Shown here one piece after another: positions 10,620-24,640 of a stretch of 64,000 nt of DNA (position 1 is its first letter; each line of letters opens with the position of its first letter). This DNA is from Hemiscyllium ocellatum. Taxonomy: Eukaryota. The stretch spans positions 9,537,534-9,601,533 of the forward strand of contig NC_083409.1 of NCBI RefSeq assembly GCF_020745735.1. The letters run 5' to 3'. The position numbers and the translations under genes are program-made. The notes below the pieces were generated by a model. The model was given only the letters and a program-made list of their open reading frames with translations, searched no databases and was not told the DNA's origin.

Positions 10620-12900
10620 ATCACACAATCACAGAACTGTTACAGTGCACAAGGAGGCCATTCAACTCATCCTGTTTGTACTGGCTCTCTGAATGAGCAA
10701 TTCACTGACTGTCATTCTCCTGCCTTCTCCCTGTCACCCTGCACATTGTTCCTTTTCAAATAATAGTCTCATTCCCTTCGGAATGTTTCCATTGAAGCTG
10801 CCTCCACCACACTATCAGGCAGTGCATTCCACACCTTAACCACTCACTGGCTGAACATGTTGTTCCCTATCTCACTTTTGTTACTTTTCCCAATTACTTT
10901 CAATCTGTGGTCTCTCGGTCTCAATCCTTTCTCAATTCCGGACATTCTCTCCCTATTTACTCTGTCCAGGCCCCTCCTGGTTTTAATTCCTCAATCAAAT
11001 CTCTCAGCCTTCTCCAAAGAAGACAGTCCCCAATTCTCCAATCAATCTGTACAACTGATGTTCCTCATCCCTGGAATAATCTTTGGGAATATTTTTTGCC
11101 ATTTCTACAAAATGTCAATCCTTCCTGAATTATTGACATTATCTATGACCCTCATGATCTTATAAACCTCTATAAGGTCACTCCTCATACTCTTACACGT
11201 CAGAGTAAAAAGTCTCAGCTTTTCCAGCCTCTCATAGTCATGGAGTCATACAGTGTGGAAACAGACCTATCCGTCCAACTTGTCCATGATAACCAGATAT
11301 CCTAAACTGACCTCATCCTATTAACCAGCATTTGTTTTACATCCCTCGAAAACCTTCCTATCCGTGTACCCATCCCAATGTGTTTTAAATGCTGTAATTG
11401 TATCTACCTCCAACACTTTCTCTGGCAACTCGATCCATACACATACCACCCTCTGTGTGACAAGTTACCCCTCGGGTCCCTTTTGAATCTTTTGCCTCTC
11501 ACCTTAAACCTATGCCATCTTGTTTTGGATTCCCTTTCCCAAGGAAAAGACCTTGGATATACACACTGTCCATGCCCCTCATGAATTTACAAACATTTAT
11601 AAGGTCACCCCTCAGCCTTAGATGCTGCAGGAAAAATAGGCCCAGTTTCTTCAGCCTTTCCCTGTCGCTCAAACCCTCCAATTCCTGGCCATGTCTTTGT
11701 CAATATTTTCTGCAGCTTTTTAAGTTTAACAGCATCCTTCTTGTCGCAGCATGATCAGAATTTTTCACATTATTCCCAAAGTGGCCTCACCAATCTCCTG
11801 TACAGCTGCACCATGATGTCCCAACTCCTGTACTTAATGCAGTGACCAATAAAGGCAAGTGTACCCAACACCTTCTTCATCACCCTGTCTCCCTGTGACC
11901 CCATTTTTAAGGAATAATGCACCTGCATCTTCTCCCCAAGGTCTCTTTGTCCAGCAACGCTCCACAGGGCCCTCCCAGTAACTGTATAACTCCTGCCCTG
12001 GTTTGCCTTTCCAAAATGCAACATCTCACAGTTATCTAAACTGAACTCCATTTGCCACACCCCTGCCCATTGCCCCATCTGATCAAGGTCCCTCTGTACC
12101 CTGAGATGAATTTCTTCACTATCCACTGTCCCGCTGATTTTGATGTCATCTACAAACTTACTGTAACTCCTATATTCACATCCAAATCATTTCTTTAAAT
12201 GACAAAAGTAGTGAACCCAGCACCAATGTTAGTGGCACACAGCTATTCACAGATCTCCAGTCTGAAAAGCAACCTTTTACCACCACTCCTGTCTCCTATC
12301 TTCAATCCAATTTTTTTTTATCCCAATGGCTCACTCCCCCGGATCCCATGTGGTCTTACCTTACTAACCAGTCTATCATGTGGAACCTTGTCAAAACTTT
12401 ACTGAAGTCTATAGAGACTATGTCTATTGTTCTGTCTTCATCAATCTTCTTTGTCACCTCCTCAATCAAATTCAGGAGACATGATTTCCTATGCATAAAA
12501 CCACATTGATTATCCAAAGAATGTAAATCCTATCCCACAGAATCCACTCCAACATGTTACCCAGCACTGACATCAGGCTCATTGGTCTATAGTTCCCCTG
12601 GCTTTTCCTTACAGTCTTTCTTAAATAAAGACTTAACATTAGCCAACCTCTCTGGTTCTCCAGCACCTTACCCATAGTTTTCAATGATACACATATCTCA
12701 GCAAGGGGCCCAGCAATCTCTTCCTTAGTTTCCGACAATGCTCTGGGATACACATGATCAGGTCCTAGGGTTTATCTACTACTTTTATGCGTTTTCAGAT
12801 CTTTAGCGTCTCCTCATTTGTGTGTGGTCTCTTTTCAAGACATCACTATTTTTCCAAATTCCCTAGCTTTCTCCACAATATATAATGACCTGAAATATTT
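10620..12900 (-). mobile_element. Degenerate CR1 LINE fragments, antisense, in the J-C intron
   Basis: Minus-strand ORFs with RVQRDLDQMGQWAGVWQMEF, LYRRLVRPLWE and NYRPMSLMSV. Confidence 0.85.
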
Positions 12901-13029
12901 GTTTGGGATCTCACCCATGTCTTGTGTCTTACCAAAATACAGCATTCACATTTATTTGAATTAAACTCCATCTGCCATTTCTCAGCCCACTGGCCCAGTT
13001 GGTCAAGATTCCATTGTATTCTTAGACAG

Positions 13030-13370
13030 CCTTCTTCACTGCCAATGATTAGATTAGATTCTCTACAGTGTGGAAACAGGCCCTTCGGCCCAACAAGTCC
13101 ACACCGATCCTCCGAAGAGTAACCCACCCAGACCCATTTCCCTCTCAGTAATACATCTAACACTATGGACAATTTAGCATGGCCAATTCACCTGACCTGC
13201 ACATCTTTGGACCATGGGAGGAAACCAGAGCACCCGGAGGAAACCCACGCAGACACAGGGAGAATGTGCAAACTCCACACAGACAGTCACCCAAGGCTGG
13301 AATCGAACTTGTGACCCTAGCTCTGTGAGGCTGCAGTGCTAACCACTGAGCCACCGTGCTGCCCCACCTG
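13030..13370 (-). mobile_element. tRNA-derived shark SINE
   Basis: Minus strand ggggcagcacggtggctcagtggttagcactgcagcctcacag..gttcgattcc, body and (tctaa)n tail. Confidence 0.9.
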
Positions 13371-13659
13371 AGCCTCCACTGAGCCACCAATGCCACCTGA
13401 AAATTCACCTGAACACACTCACACAACTCTGGGCCCTCCCTGCCCATTACACTGCTGCTACCCCAAACTATATTCAGAAGCTAAATACCCCCTGCCCATT
13501 TATAACAACTCTATAGTATTTGCAGGTCTCTGTAAATTCATGCATTTGTATTCCTCCACATCCTTCCCACTGGGAGGTGACTTATTGACTGAACTGAGGA
13601 TTCTGTGTTCCTTTGTGTTCCTCTTTGACATTCCCTCCTGGCTCCCACAGCCCTGACAA

Positions 13660-16600
13660 GTTAGTTTAAACCCTCTCTAACTGCATGAATAAACCACCTC
13701 ACAATAATCTAAAGCCCTCCCTCATGGATCCTCTTTCCAGCCCCACAGTCACCTGTGCTCACCTCCTGATTCTATTCTCACCTGCATGCAGCATTGGGAG
13801 TCACCCAGAGATCCCTACTTTTGAGTTCCTGCTGCTAATTCCCTCCAGAGCACCCGAACTTCTGACTGCAGGACCACGTTACTTTTTCTCCATCCATCAC
13901 TGGGAACAATATGGACTACGACTGCTGGCTGTTCCCCTTCTCCCCTCAGGGTGCTCTGCAGCCGCTCAGTGACATCCTTGACCCTGGCACCAGGGAGACA
14001 ACACACCATCCTGGATTCCCATCTGCAGCTGCACAAACACCTATCGATGCCCTCACTCTCGAATATCCTCTCACTATCGCTCTTCCAGTCTTCCTTCTGC
14101 CCTCCTGTACAGCTTCCCCCCACCGTGGTGCCAGGGACTTGGCTCTGGCTGCACTCCCCAGATGAACCATGATTCTCATCAGGATTCTGAACTGAATCCT
14201 AGTTGGAGAGTGGGAGGCACTCAGGGATTCCTGTACTAGCTGCCTGGTCCTTTTGGACTGTCTGCTGCTCCCCCATTCCCTCTCTCCCTGCATACTCTGA
14301 AGCTGCAGAGTGACCACATCTAGAAACGTGCTCTCCACAGAGCTCTCTGCCTCACGGACGCTCCGCACTGACACCAGCTGCTGCTCAAGCTCCAAAACCC
14401 GGAGCTCCAACTGCTGTCACTGACCACACTTTCTGCTCTCATGGTATTCCAGGAGCTGGGAAGCATTCTGAAGTTCCCACCTAAATGCACACTCTCTTCA
14501 CCCTTTGGTCATCTCTTGGTAAAGTTCTGATACAGCAGGGCTCACAGTCCAGTGGGTTCAGTGTTCCAGGGTTTTGGGAAAATTCTCCAGAAGACTTTAA
14601 GAAATAGGAGCAGAAATCAGCTATTCAGCCCATTGAATCTGCTCTGCCATTTGATCTTGGCAGATATGCTTCTCATCCCCATTCTCCTGCCTGCTCCGCA
14701 GGAACTTTCCATTCCCTTAACAATCATGAACCTATCTATCTCTGTCTTAAATACACTCAGTGACTTGGCCTCCCCTGCCCTCTGTAACAATGAGTTCCAC
14801 AGATTCACCACCCTTCTGGCTGAAGAAATTCATCCTTATCTCAACTCTAAAGAGTTGGCCCTTCATTCTGAGGCTGTGCCTTGGTTACCAAGTCTCTCCT
14901 GTATTTGGAAACATCTTCTCTGCATCTACTCTATCCAGGCCTGTCAGTATTCTGTAAATTTCAATAAGATCCCTCCTCATCCTTCTAAACTCCATCGAGT
15001 ACAGACCCAGAGTCCCCAACCACGCCTCATATGACAAGTCCTTCATCGCCAGGATCATTTTTGTGAACCCCTCCAATGCCAGCACATTGTTTCTTAGAAT
15101 ATGGTCCGAAATCTGCTCACAATATTCCAAATACCGTTTGACCAGAACCTTACACAGCTTCAGCAGTACATCTCTGCCCTTGTATTCTGGCCCTATTGAA
15201 ATGAATGCTAACATTTCGTTCACCTTTCTCAATCACAAACTGGACTTGCCTGTTAACCTTCAGAGAAACCCGAATGAGGTGAGTGCTTTAGATTTCCAAA
15301 GGCTTTCCTCATTTACCAAACAGTCTTTGTATTTTTTCTTGTGTTCTATCTGCCACTTCTTTGCCCACTCTCCGAGCTTATCCAGGAGCTTTTACAGCCT
15401 TCCCACTTCCTCAACACTACCTGTCCCTCCACCTATCTCATGTCACCTGCAAACTTAGCAACAATGTCTTCACTTCCTTCATCCAGATTGTTCATGTATA
15501 ACGTGAATAGTTATGGTCCCAACATTGATGCCTGCAGAACTCTCCCAGTCACCAGCTGCCATCTTTCCTCACTCTCTGCTTTATGCCAACCTGCCAGTGC
15601 CAGTCCTCAGTCCATGCCAGTGCATTGCCCTTAACACTATGGGCGCTTATCTTATGTCAAATAACTTCTGGAAATCCAAATAGATTACTTCCTCAGACTC
15701 TCCTTTGTCTGACTGGATCATTGCCTCCTCAAAGAATTCTAACACATTTGCCAGGCATGGCCTCCCCTTGATGAAACCATGTTGACTCAGCCCTAGTTTA
15801 CCATTGCACTTGCAAGTCCTCTGCAATTTCATCCCTAAATTGAAGTCTAAAATCTTACTAACAACTGAGTCCAGGCTAACTGGCCTATAATGTCCCATCT
15901 TCTACCTCCCTCCCTTCTTAAACAGGGTTGGAATGTGAGCCATTTTCCTATCCCTTACCCCCACCAAATCTCCACCTCCACACCCTGACTCCATTGATTC
16001 CTGAAAGATCATCACCAATGTCCCCCCAATATCCTCAGTGATCTGCTTCAGAACACACTGGTGTAGTTCGTCCAGTCTGGGTGAGTTATCCACATTCAGA
16101 CCTTTCAGCTTCCCCAGTACCTCCTCCTTAGTGATGGCCACTACACACCCCTCCGACCCCTGACAGTCTTGAAGTACTGGGACACTGCTGGTGTTTTCCA
16201 TGGTGCAGACTGATGCAAAGTATCTATTCAATTCCTTTGCTATTTCTATTATTCTTTCTCCAACCTCATTTTCCAGTGATTCAATCTCTATTTTTGCCTC
16301 CCTCTTCCTTTTTATATATTTGCTAAAAATCTTGCAATCTTCTTTTATATTACTGGCTAGATTACTCCCACATTTCACCTTCTCCACGCTTAATGCTTTT
16401 TTAGTTATCCTCTGCAGGTTTTTAAAGACTTCCTAATTCTCTGACTTCCCACTATTCTCCACCACATTGGATGCCTTTTCTTTTGCTTTTATGCTGTCCT
16501 AGAACTCCCTCATCAGCCATGGTTGCCTTGTCCTCCCCTGAGTATGTTTTTTTTCTTTTTTGGGATGAATTCTTACTCTGCTTCCTGAATTACCCCAGAA

Positions 16601-17500
16601 ACTCTGCTGTTTGCTGCCCCACCATCTTACCTGCTCGGCTCCCCTTCCAACCAGCTCTGGCCAGCTCCTTCCTCATGTCTTTGCAGTTACCTTTACTCAA
16701 CTGAAATGCAGATCCATCTGATTGTAGCTTCTCTCTCTCAAACTACAGGGGGAATTCTATCATATTATGGTCACTTATCCAGAGGGATATTTGCCCCTTA
16801 AACTCACTAGTCAAGTTTGCCTCATTCCACATCACTGAATCCAGACTTGCCTGTTCCATAATGGCTCAACCACAAGCTGCTCCAAAATCCATCTTGTCCA
16901 TATTCCATGAAATCCTTTTCTATCTTCGCACTACCCAGTCCACCTATCCATTGAGATCTACCCTGACATTTAGTTTATGCCTTTTCTGTATCCTGACTGA
17001 TTTCCTTCCCCACACCCTGATTACTGCTTGGAGACCTGGACATACCTTGCATCAGATTCTTTATTGCGGTTCCTCAGCTCTACCCACACACATTCTACAC
17101 CTTCTGACTGTATCACTTCTTACTATTGATTGAATTATATTTCACACTAACAAGGCAACTCTTGCCCCTCTGCCCATCTGCCTGTCCTTTTGATGGGACA
17201 TGGATCCTTGGATATTTAGTTCCCAGCGCAGATCCCCTTACAGCCATGTCTCTGTGATACCCACAACATCGTACCTGCCTGTTTCAATCTGCACTACAAG
17301 CTCATTGTGTATACTGTGTGCAGTTAAGTACAACATCTTCAGTCCTGCATTGACTGCCCTCATTCCCATCATTGTCCTCTTTTCTGCTGTGCTTGATGTT
17401 CGACTCTTGTTCCTTTCTGTACTCTCTGTCCTAGTTTGTCTTCTAGAAACTTGAATAACCTCTCCTGAGCCCTCCTCCACTTTAACTAGTTTAAATTCCT
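13660..17500 (-). mobile_element. CR1 LINE fragments (ORF1 esterase-like and ORF2), antisense
   Basis: ORF1 VCCLPGARVKDVTERLQSTLRGEGEQPAVVVHI; ORF2 YRPVSLDSVVSKIL, QHGFIKGRPCLANVLEFFEE and YDVVGITETWL. Confidence 0.85.
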
Positions 17501-17514
17501 TGGACAAAATCTTC

Positions 17515-17915
17515 GAGTAAAAAGTGAGGTCTGCAGATGCTGGAGATCAGAGCTGAAAATGTGTTGCTGGTTAAAGCACAGCAGGTTAGGCAGCATCCTA
17601 GGAACTGGAAATTCGACGTTTCGGGCCAGAGCCCTTCATCAGGGTTGAGGAGAGGGTGCCAGGCAGGCTAAGATAAAAGGTAGGGAGGAGGGACTTGGGG
17701 GAGGGGCGATGGAGATGTGATAGGTGGAAGGAGGTCAAGGTGAGGGTGATAGGCTGGAGTGGGGTGGGGGCGGAGAGGTCAGGAAGAAGATTGCAGGTTA
17801 GGAGGGCGGTGCTGAGTTGAGGGAACCGACTGAGACAAGGTGGGGGGAGGGGAAATGAGGAAACTGGAGAAATCTGAGTTCATTCCTTGTGGTTGGAGGG
17901 TTCCCAGGTGGAAGA
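17515..17915 (+). mobile_element. Penelope-like element end fragment carrying a minus-strand minimal hammerhead core (17615-17642)
   Basis: Same family as 43604-45015; minus strand CTGATGA-A-GGGC-TCTG-GCCC-GAAACGTC. Confidence 0.75.
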
Positions 17916-18189
17916 TGTGGCTGTGTGGGTTTTCTCCAGGTGCTCTGGTTTACTCCCACTGTTCAAAGATTTGCAGGCTGGGTGAATTGGCCATTCTAAA
18001 TTGCCTACAGTGTTAGGTGAAATAGTCAGGAGTAAATGTAGGGACTGTTTCTGGGTGGGCTGTTGTTCGGGGGGTTGGTGTGGACTTGTCAGGCTGAACT
18101 GCCTGTTTCCACACTGTAGGGAATCTAATCAGGCCAATATTTATCATTCATCCAACATCATTATTGCTCTTTGATCTCTTGCTTCTACT

Positions 18190-19930
18190 TGGATCCTGCT
18201 GTGTAGAAACTGGCTGCCACGTTCCTGACATTGCAACAGTGACTGCTTGTCAAACAAAATTGTCTGTAAATATCTTTGGAAGAGCCTGAAATGTTTAGGG
18301 CTGGATTGATGCCCATATCCCTCTAAACTCTTCCTATTTACATATCCATGCCTTTTAAATGTTTTAATCATACCAGCCTTCACCACTTCTTCTGGCAGCC
18401 CATTTCATACATTTAACACCATCTGAATGAAAACGTTGTCTCTTAGGTCCCTTTTAAATCTTTCCCCTGTCACCTTCAGCCTATACCCTCCAGTTCTGGA
18501 CTCCCCTGCTCTGGAGAAAAGATCTTCTCTAGTCACCCTATCTATGCCGCTCATGATTTTATAAACCTCTATACAGTCACCCATCAACCTGCAATGATCC
18601 AGGGAAAACAGCCTCAGCCTATTCAGCCTCACCCTTTCGTGCTAACCCTCCGACCTTGGCAACATCCTTGTAAATCATTTCTGGATCATTTTAAGTTTCA
18701 CAACATTTTTCCTCCAGCAAGGAGAACTGAATTGCACACAGTATTCCAAAAGTGCCCGGACCAACGCCCTGTACAGCTGCAACAGCTCCCAACTCCAATA
18801 ATCAATGCACTGCCCAATAAAGGAAAGCAAACCAAATGACTTGATCACTCCCCTACCTACTTGCAACTTCATCTTGAAGGAACTATTCTTCATTTTTTGG
18901 ATGTACTGAGAGTCTTTCAGTTGTGAAAGATGCCATTCCATGGCACTATTGGATGAAGAGCAGGCAGTCACCCGGTGTCCCTGATCAATATTTATCCCCC
19001 AGTCAAAATCACTAAAAATCTATTTCTCTTCTTTTTATCATACTGTGTTTGGGATCTCGCTGTGCACAGTCTGCTGGAAAGATCCATTGGGACATCTTGA
19101 GTTGGGGACAGGTGCTACACAAATGCAAGTCTTTCTTTAAGTTTGAAGTCTCCTGATCCGGACACTCACCCATTGTCTGTGCACTCTCACCTTCCGGGGG
19201 CATGGGATCATTAGGAGCAGTGACCCAAAGGACACTGAGACTCTTTGCAGCCTCACCCTTCATCTCAGTCCAATAGTGTGCAGCAAGGTTTGAATTGTAA
19301 TCTAGAACCTTCTGCACAGACACCCCAATGTGACTCATTCCCGAAGTGTGTGGATCCAAGTCTGATCCAAATTTCTCGGATAAATTTCTCCTGGTCTGTG
19401 GGTGATCGGAGGTTTGTTAAAGAAGTATCAAGATCCGTCCCACTTTCCAGCTCTTGCTCCATAGCTCTGGAGGTTTCGCTGTTTGAAGTAAATACCCATT
19501 TTTTTTTTCAAAGTGATGAGGGTTTCTGCCTCTCCCACCCTTTCAGACCGTGAGTCCCACATCCCACCAGCCTCTGGGTGAAAACAAATGTCCTTAACTC
19601 CCCTCTAATCCTGCCCCCAACTGATTTCAATCTCTCCCCAGGGTTATTGCCCTCTGTGCTGGTGGAAATCAGTCCTTCCTACCCACTCTGTCCAGGCCCC
19701 TCATCATTTTACACACCACCATCAAATCTCCCCTCAGCCTCCTGTGTTCCAACGAAAACATTCCCAGCCAATCCAAACATTCCTCAAAACTCAAAGTCAC
19801 CAATCTAGACAAACTCTGCCTCTGTCCTGGTCTCTCGAGGGATCACATCCTTCCTGTAATGTGGTGACCAGAACCATACACAGTTCTCTCACTGTGCTCT
19901 AACTGGGGTTTTATACAGTTCCAGAATAAA
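18190..19930 (-). mobile_element. Further antisense CR1 3' fragments (18190-18830, 19560-19930)
   Basis: LYRALVRALLEYCVQFSSP and LELYKTPVRAQ motifs on the minus strand. Confidence 0.8.
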
Positions 19931-21411
19931 CAAACTCCTTGCTTTCACAGTCAACCAAAAATGAGATAAGGGAGGTGATGGTCTAATGGTGTTATTGCTG
20001 AACTGTTCATCCAGAGATCCAGGTAATGTTCTGGGGACCAGGGTTAGAATCCAGCAGATGGTGGCATTCAAATTCAATCAAAAAAAAACTGGAGTTAAGA
20101 GTCTAATGATGACCATGAAACCATTGTTGATTGTCAGGAAAAAGCCATCTGATTCCCTAATGTCCTTTCGGGAAAGAAACTACCATCCTTATCATGTGAC
20201 CCCAGACCCACAGCAATGTGGTTGACTCTAAACTGCCCTCTGGGTGGTTAGCAATAGGTAATAAATGCTGCCGATCCAGCAATTGCCCTCATCCCATCAA
20301 GGGAAAATGAAGAACAGTTTATCCAATGTGTCTTCTTACCATCTTACTGGCCTGCATTAATCACCATGGCCACATCTTCCACCTCCACACACATTTGACT
20401 TGCAGCTTCAAATTCCTTCATTATCTGAGAAACAGATAGAAACATCCAAACTACGAGCAACCGTAGGCCATTCGGCCCCCGAGCCTGCTCCACCATTCAA
20501 TATGATCATGGCTGATCATCCTACACAGACCCCTGTTCCTATTTTATCCCCACATTCTTTGATCCCTTTAATCCGAAGAACTACATCTAATTCCTTATTG
20601 AACACATACCGCATCTAATTCCCTCATGCTGGTAAAATGATGAGAATTATTGGTTTGTTGTTTTTTGACTAGTATGGACACAATGGGCTGATGGGCCTTT
20701 TGGGTCTCTCTGACTCGATGATTCTATTATTATACTTTATGAATAACTGAGTACCAAGGACTGACCACTGTGTAACTACCTGTCATTCAGAAAAAGACTC
20801 ATTCTTTCTGTCCTGTCTTCCAACCAGTTCCCAATGCATGTCAGTACATGACCCCCAATCCTCTTGTTCATTTGGTCTAGATCTGGAAGCCCCACCCTTA
20901 CTCATAGTGGGAACAGATTCTGAACGATCTCTGTCTCATCCTTCGAGGGCCCTCATTGTCTTGTCACTGATTTCCCACCATACCGCTGGTTATGATCCAC
21001 TTTTACCAAAACACCACACAGTTGAGTGAAATGAAAACATTTACACTTGCTCCATGGTTCTCCATTTCCATCCCTACTCTCAAGCTCACTGAGTTCTGAT
21101 CACTGTCACGAATATGCTCCCCCATTGACAGCCCTTCCAGCTGCCCAGATTCATTTTATAAACAATGGTCCAAAACTGTCCCTTCTCTCTCTGCTGCTTC
21201 ACCATCACCTTCTCAGGGGCAAGTAGGGATGGGTAATAAATGTTGGCCCTGCCAGTGACACCCACATCCCAAGAAGCAACTTGAACAATGCTTGGTCGTT
21301 TGTTGGGTTTATTCTGTATTGACGACAAATGTTCTAAAAGATTGTATGGCCAGATTATGGTTGAATTCCCTTCCAGTGGCAGGAATTAAAATTGTTTCTC
21401 TTGTCTTTCAG

Positions 21412-21740
21412 GCCGTGAGAACTCTCAGCCCAAGCTGACCCTGCTGCCCCCCTCCCTGGAGCAGATCAATGCCAAGAACACTGCCACCCTGGTGTGCCTT
21501 GCCAATCACTTCTATCCCGATGAGCTGGAGGTGCAGTGGAAGAAGGACGGTGCAGTCATTTCGGACGGGGTTCAGACCAGCAACTACCTGCGAGCTTCGG
21601 ACAGCACCTACAGTGTCAGCAGCCTGCTGACCCTCTCTGGGTCTGACTGGGAGTCCAACGCTCGCTTCTCCTGTGCCCTCACCCACGTGACCCTCCCCTC
21701 TCCCCTCAGCAAGAGCATCAGGAGATCAGAATGTGTGTAG
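21412..21740 (+). CDS. IGKC: Ig kappa-type constant exon, intact
   Basis: Acceptor ttgtctttcAG| at 21411; (S)RENSQPKLTLLPPSLEQINAKNTATLVCLANHFYPDELEVQWKKDG..YSVSSLLTLSGSDWESNARFSCALTHVTLPSPLSKSIRRSECV*; C1-set Cys/Trp and the C-terminal inter-chain Cys are present. Confidence 0.97.
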
Positions 21741-22234
21741 AGTGTGTGAGACAGTCCACAGAGGAGACACAATTTTAAATAGAACAAGGCTGAGCTGGCA
21801 GGACAAAGGTCATTGTCAGCACTGAGTTTCAACTCTCTTCCTTCTCAGGATTGCTCAGAGACACTTCTGAGGTTTGGTTGTTAAAGCAGGTCATTGGGAT
21901 AGCAGCAAGAGAGCTTTACACTGTGTCAAACCTCATACTGTCCTTATCCTGGGAATGTTTGATGGGGACAGGATTGCCTTGTTATGTTAGCTGCACAAAA
22001 CAATGTGAACCTCAGAAGTCTCTGCTTCAGTAAACCAGATCTCCTTCCTGCTCAGCCGCCAGTTCCAATTTAAAGTTTTATCACTGTTTTAAGGGACAGG
22101 ATTCTCGTGTCATTGAGAAAGTCTTTCCAAGTGTTTTCCTCAAGCTCCATTGTGGCTGTGAATTTGAGCAGCTTCCTCTGTCTGGGCTGTTAATTCCAGT
22201 TGCTTTTTTCTGTCAATGTGAATGTGGAAAAGGG

Positions 22235-22240
22235 AATAAA
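22235..22240 (+). terminator. Probable poly(A) signal of the light-chain transcript
   Basis: First AATAAA seen after the stop, followed by a GT-rich tract (tctctgtctctgtgtgctt); also conserved in the inverted copy. Confidence 0.7.
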
Positions 22241-22623
22241 GGTGAAGATTCAGTCTCTGTCTCTGTGTGCTTTGGAAATAGCTGACATCCAACTCCCCAC
22301 CCACCCCACCATCTCTCAGTTGATTGGCTGTATTTCAGCAGGTCATTGTCACAATTGGTTACTTGGCCTGTCAATCAATTACAATCTTCAATCAGCAGTC
22401 ATTTTCAAATGATCCCTTTAATCAGGAATTTATGTAGATTCCAAAAAGAATAGAAACTGAAAGTTGTTGGGACGCAATAAGTACAATCTGATGTATTCGA
22501 TCTTCATTTTGTTGGTCTAGGCCGAGCTGATGGGATCGAACTGTGCAATCTCTGCTACATGTCGGATAGCCCCTGAAATAATCTTCGGCCAATCACAGAC
22601 ATTGTTGGCTGTGTGCCTCTCTG

Positions 22624-22922
22624 AGTGTGAGTGTTTAACTCAATACTGCCTGTAGATGTCTCTCTGAGTGTGGCTGTGTTACTCAGAGACACACCACAGA
22701 CAGCGCTCAGTAACACACCCACATTCGGTGAGACACCGATCCGCAGCATGGAGTGTGAGTGTGTTACTTAGTGCTGCCTGTAGGTGTCTCTCTCAATGTG
22801 AGTGTGTTACTCTGTGCTGCCTGTAGGTGTCTCTCTCAGTGTGAGTGTGTTACTCTGTGCTGCCTGAAGGTGTCTCTCTCAGTGTGTGTGTTACTCTGTG
22901 CTGCCTGTAGGTGTCTCTCTGA
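22624..22922. repeat. 43-bp minisatellite downstream of C
   Basis: Four near-identical units gtgtgagtgtgttactctgtgctgcctgtaggtgtctctctca (22753-22922) plus degenerate units from 22624. Confidence 0.9.
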
Positions 22923-23109
22923 GGTCTGTGTCTCCGAGCGATGGTTGAGAATGGGCTTTGTGCTGGGGATTGAAGATTAGGCTTTAATCTTCTCAAATCA
23001 TGAATGAAAAACAGTTCTGCTGATTCAGTCTGAGATGGCAGCTCATTCAGATGGCCAAAGTTAAAAAGCACACAATACCAGGTTATAGTCAAACAGGTTT
23101 ATTTGGAAG

Positions 23110-23146
23110 TAGAAGCTTTCGGAGCGCTGCTCCTTCATCAGGTAGC
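23110..23146 (-). ncRNA. Minimal hammerhead ribozyme core within a short Penelope-derived repeat
   Basis: Minus strand CTGATGA-A-GGAGC-AGC-GCTCC-GAAAGCTT: conserved core, perfect stem II, palindromic stem III; stem I looks degraded. Confidence 0.6.
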
Positions 23147-23659
23147 TGGAAGGGCAGGATCATTGGACACAGAATTTATAGTAAATTGAGATGACAACTG
23201 AAAAAGGTGAATACTGAGAGTATATTCACGGTAAGTGAGGGACTTCAGAGTCAGTGGGCACTGTGCTCCCGAATGTGTTGATCAATTCCGAGGTGTTTTT
23301 TTAATCCAGGGCCAGAGGAGTCGTGGCTACCTGCCCAGCCAATGCTGGTTCCCCATAGTCATATTTCAGGTGTTAATTAACCCGAAACTAGGTGCAGCAA
23401 TATTACCTTCCAGGGAGGGGAGCTGTCTGAGTGAGGGAGGTTGAATTCTTGCAGCCCCAAGAGAGGTTGCGGTGGATTAATGGCAGGTATGACCACCATG
23501 AATGTGCTCCCTTCTCTCCCCCTGCTACAGCTGTGATGACCTTCAGGTTAAAAGTGCGATTGCTCTGGGATGATGACCACATTCCTGGGTGATGGAGGGA
23601 AGGCCAACCTCTCCCAAAGGCAGCACAGGCTGGATCAAAGGTGAAACAAGAGTAAGCAT

Positions 23660-24182
23660 GGGGAGATTGAGGGTGACAGAAGGAGGGAGTTGGTTGGCAG
23701 GTTGTTATTCAGAGTCAGGTCCCAGAGTATCAGTCCTTCTGACATGCCCCTTTTTTTCTTTTTTTTTCTTCTTTTTTTCTTACTTATGTGGAGAGTCCTT
23801 GACACTGATCCAGCTCCCTCAGAGCCAGCTCTCAGAATGTTCAGAACCCCTAACATGCCTGTTTTTTTTAACCCCCACACTACCACTTAACTGCGGGAGT
23901 GCTTATTTTTTCCCCAGCACCCATGGTGTGTGTGTGTAGGTGTGAGACACAGTGAAAGACACAAAGTGCACAAATCTCTATTCAATTTCCACCACCAGGA
24001 AGATAGGAAAACACCCGCGTGGCCAGTGACAAGCAGTGCCCTTCACATCAAAGGGCAAATGCTGTGTGATCAAACAGTGAAGGGGAGGGCAGGGATTAAG
24101 ACACTCCTCTTTTTATCTGTCAGCCAGGACTCCTTGATTGGACAAAGTTAACTGTCCCTGTCAGGGAACTCATATTTTATCA
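23660..24182 (-). mobile_element. LTR-like interspersed repeat(s), probably solo LTRs
   Basis: Minus strand starts TGATAAAATATGAG, with CCAAT and TATA-like motifs; ~23880-24080 recurs inverted at ~37780-37980. Confidence 0.5.
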
Positions 24183-24344
24183 AAAAGAATAAATCATTTA
24201 TTGAACAAGGAGCTCAAGAGCTAAATGACACGAGACAAAATGAATAGTTTGAAAGATTTCATCATGGACACCACAAATAAGATTTGGGGAAGAATGTTTT
24301 CACTCAGCGGGTGGTGGGAATCTGGAATGGACTGTCATAGAATC

Positions 24345-24640
24345 CCTACTGTGAGGAAACAGGCCATTTTCACCAACAGGTCCACACTGATCCTTGGAAG
24401 AGTAACCCACCCAAGACCCAATCCCCTATCCCATTACTCTACTTTTGCCCTGACTAATGAGCCTACCCTACACATCCCTGATCACTATGGGCAACTTAGC
24501 ACAGCCAATTCACATAACCTGCACGCCTTTAGAATGTGGGAGGAAACCAGAGCACCCAGAGGAAACCTACGGAGACATTTGGAGAATGTACAAACTCCAC
24601 ACAGACATTTGCCTGAGGCTGGAATTGAACCTGGGTCAAA
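24345..24640 (-). mobile_element. Shark SINE, 5' part missing
   Basis: ggaggaaaccagagcacccagaggaaacc..caaactccacacagac body. Confidence 0.85.

Noticed and set aside
14701-14710. NF-kB site (GGAACTTTCC) as a kappa intronic enhancer
   Set aside because: It lies inside a CR1 tail fragment with no supporting motif cluster.
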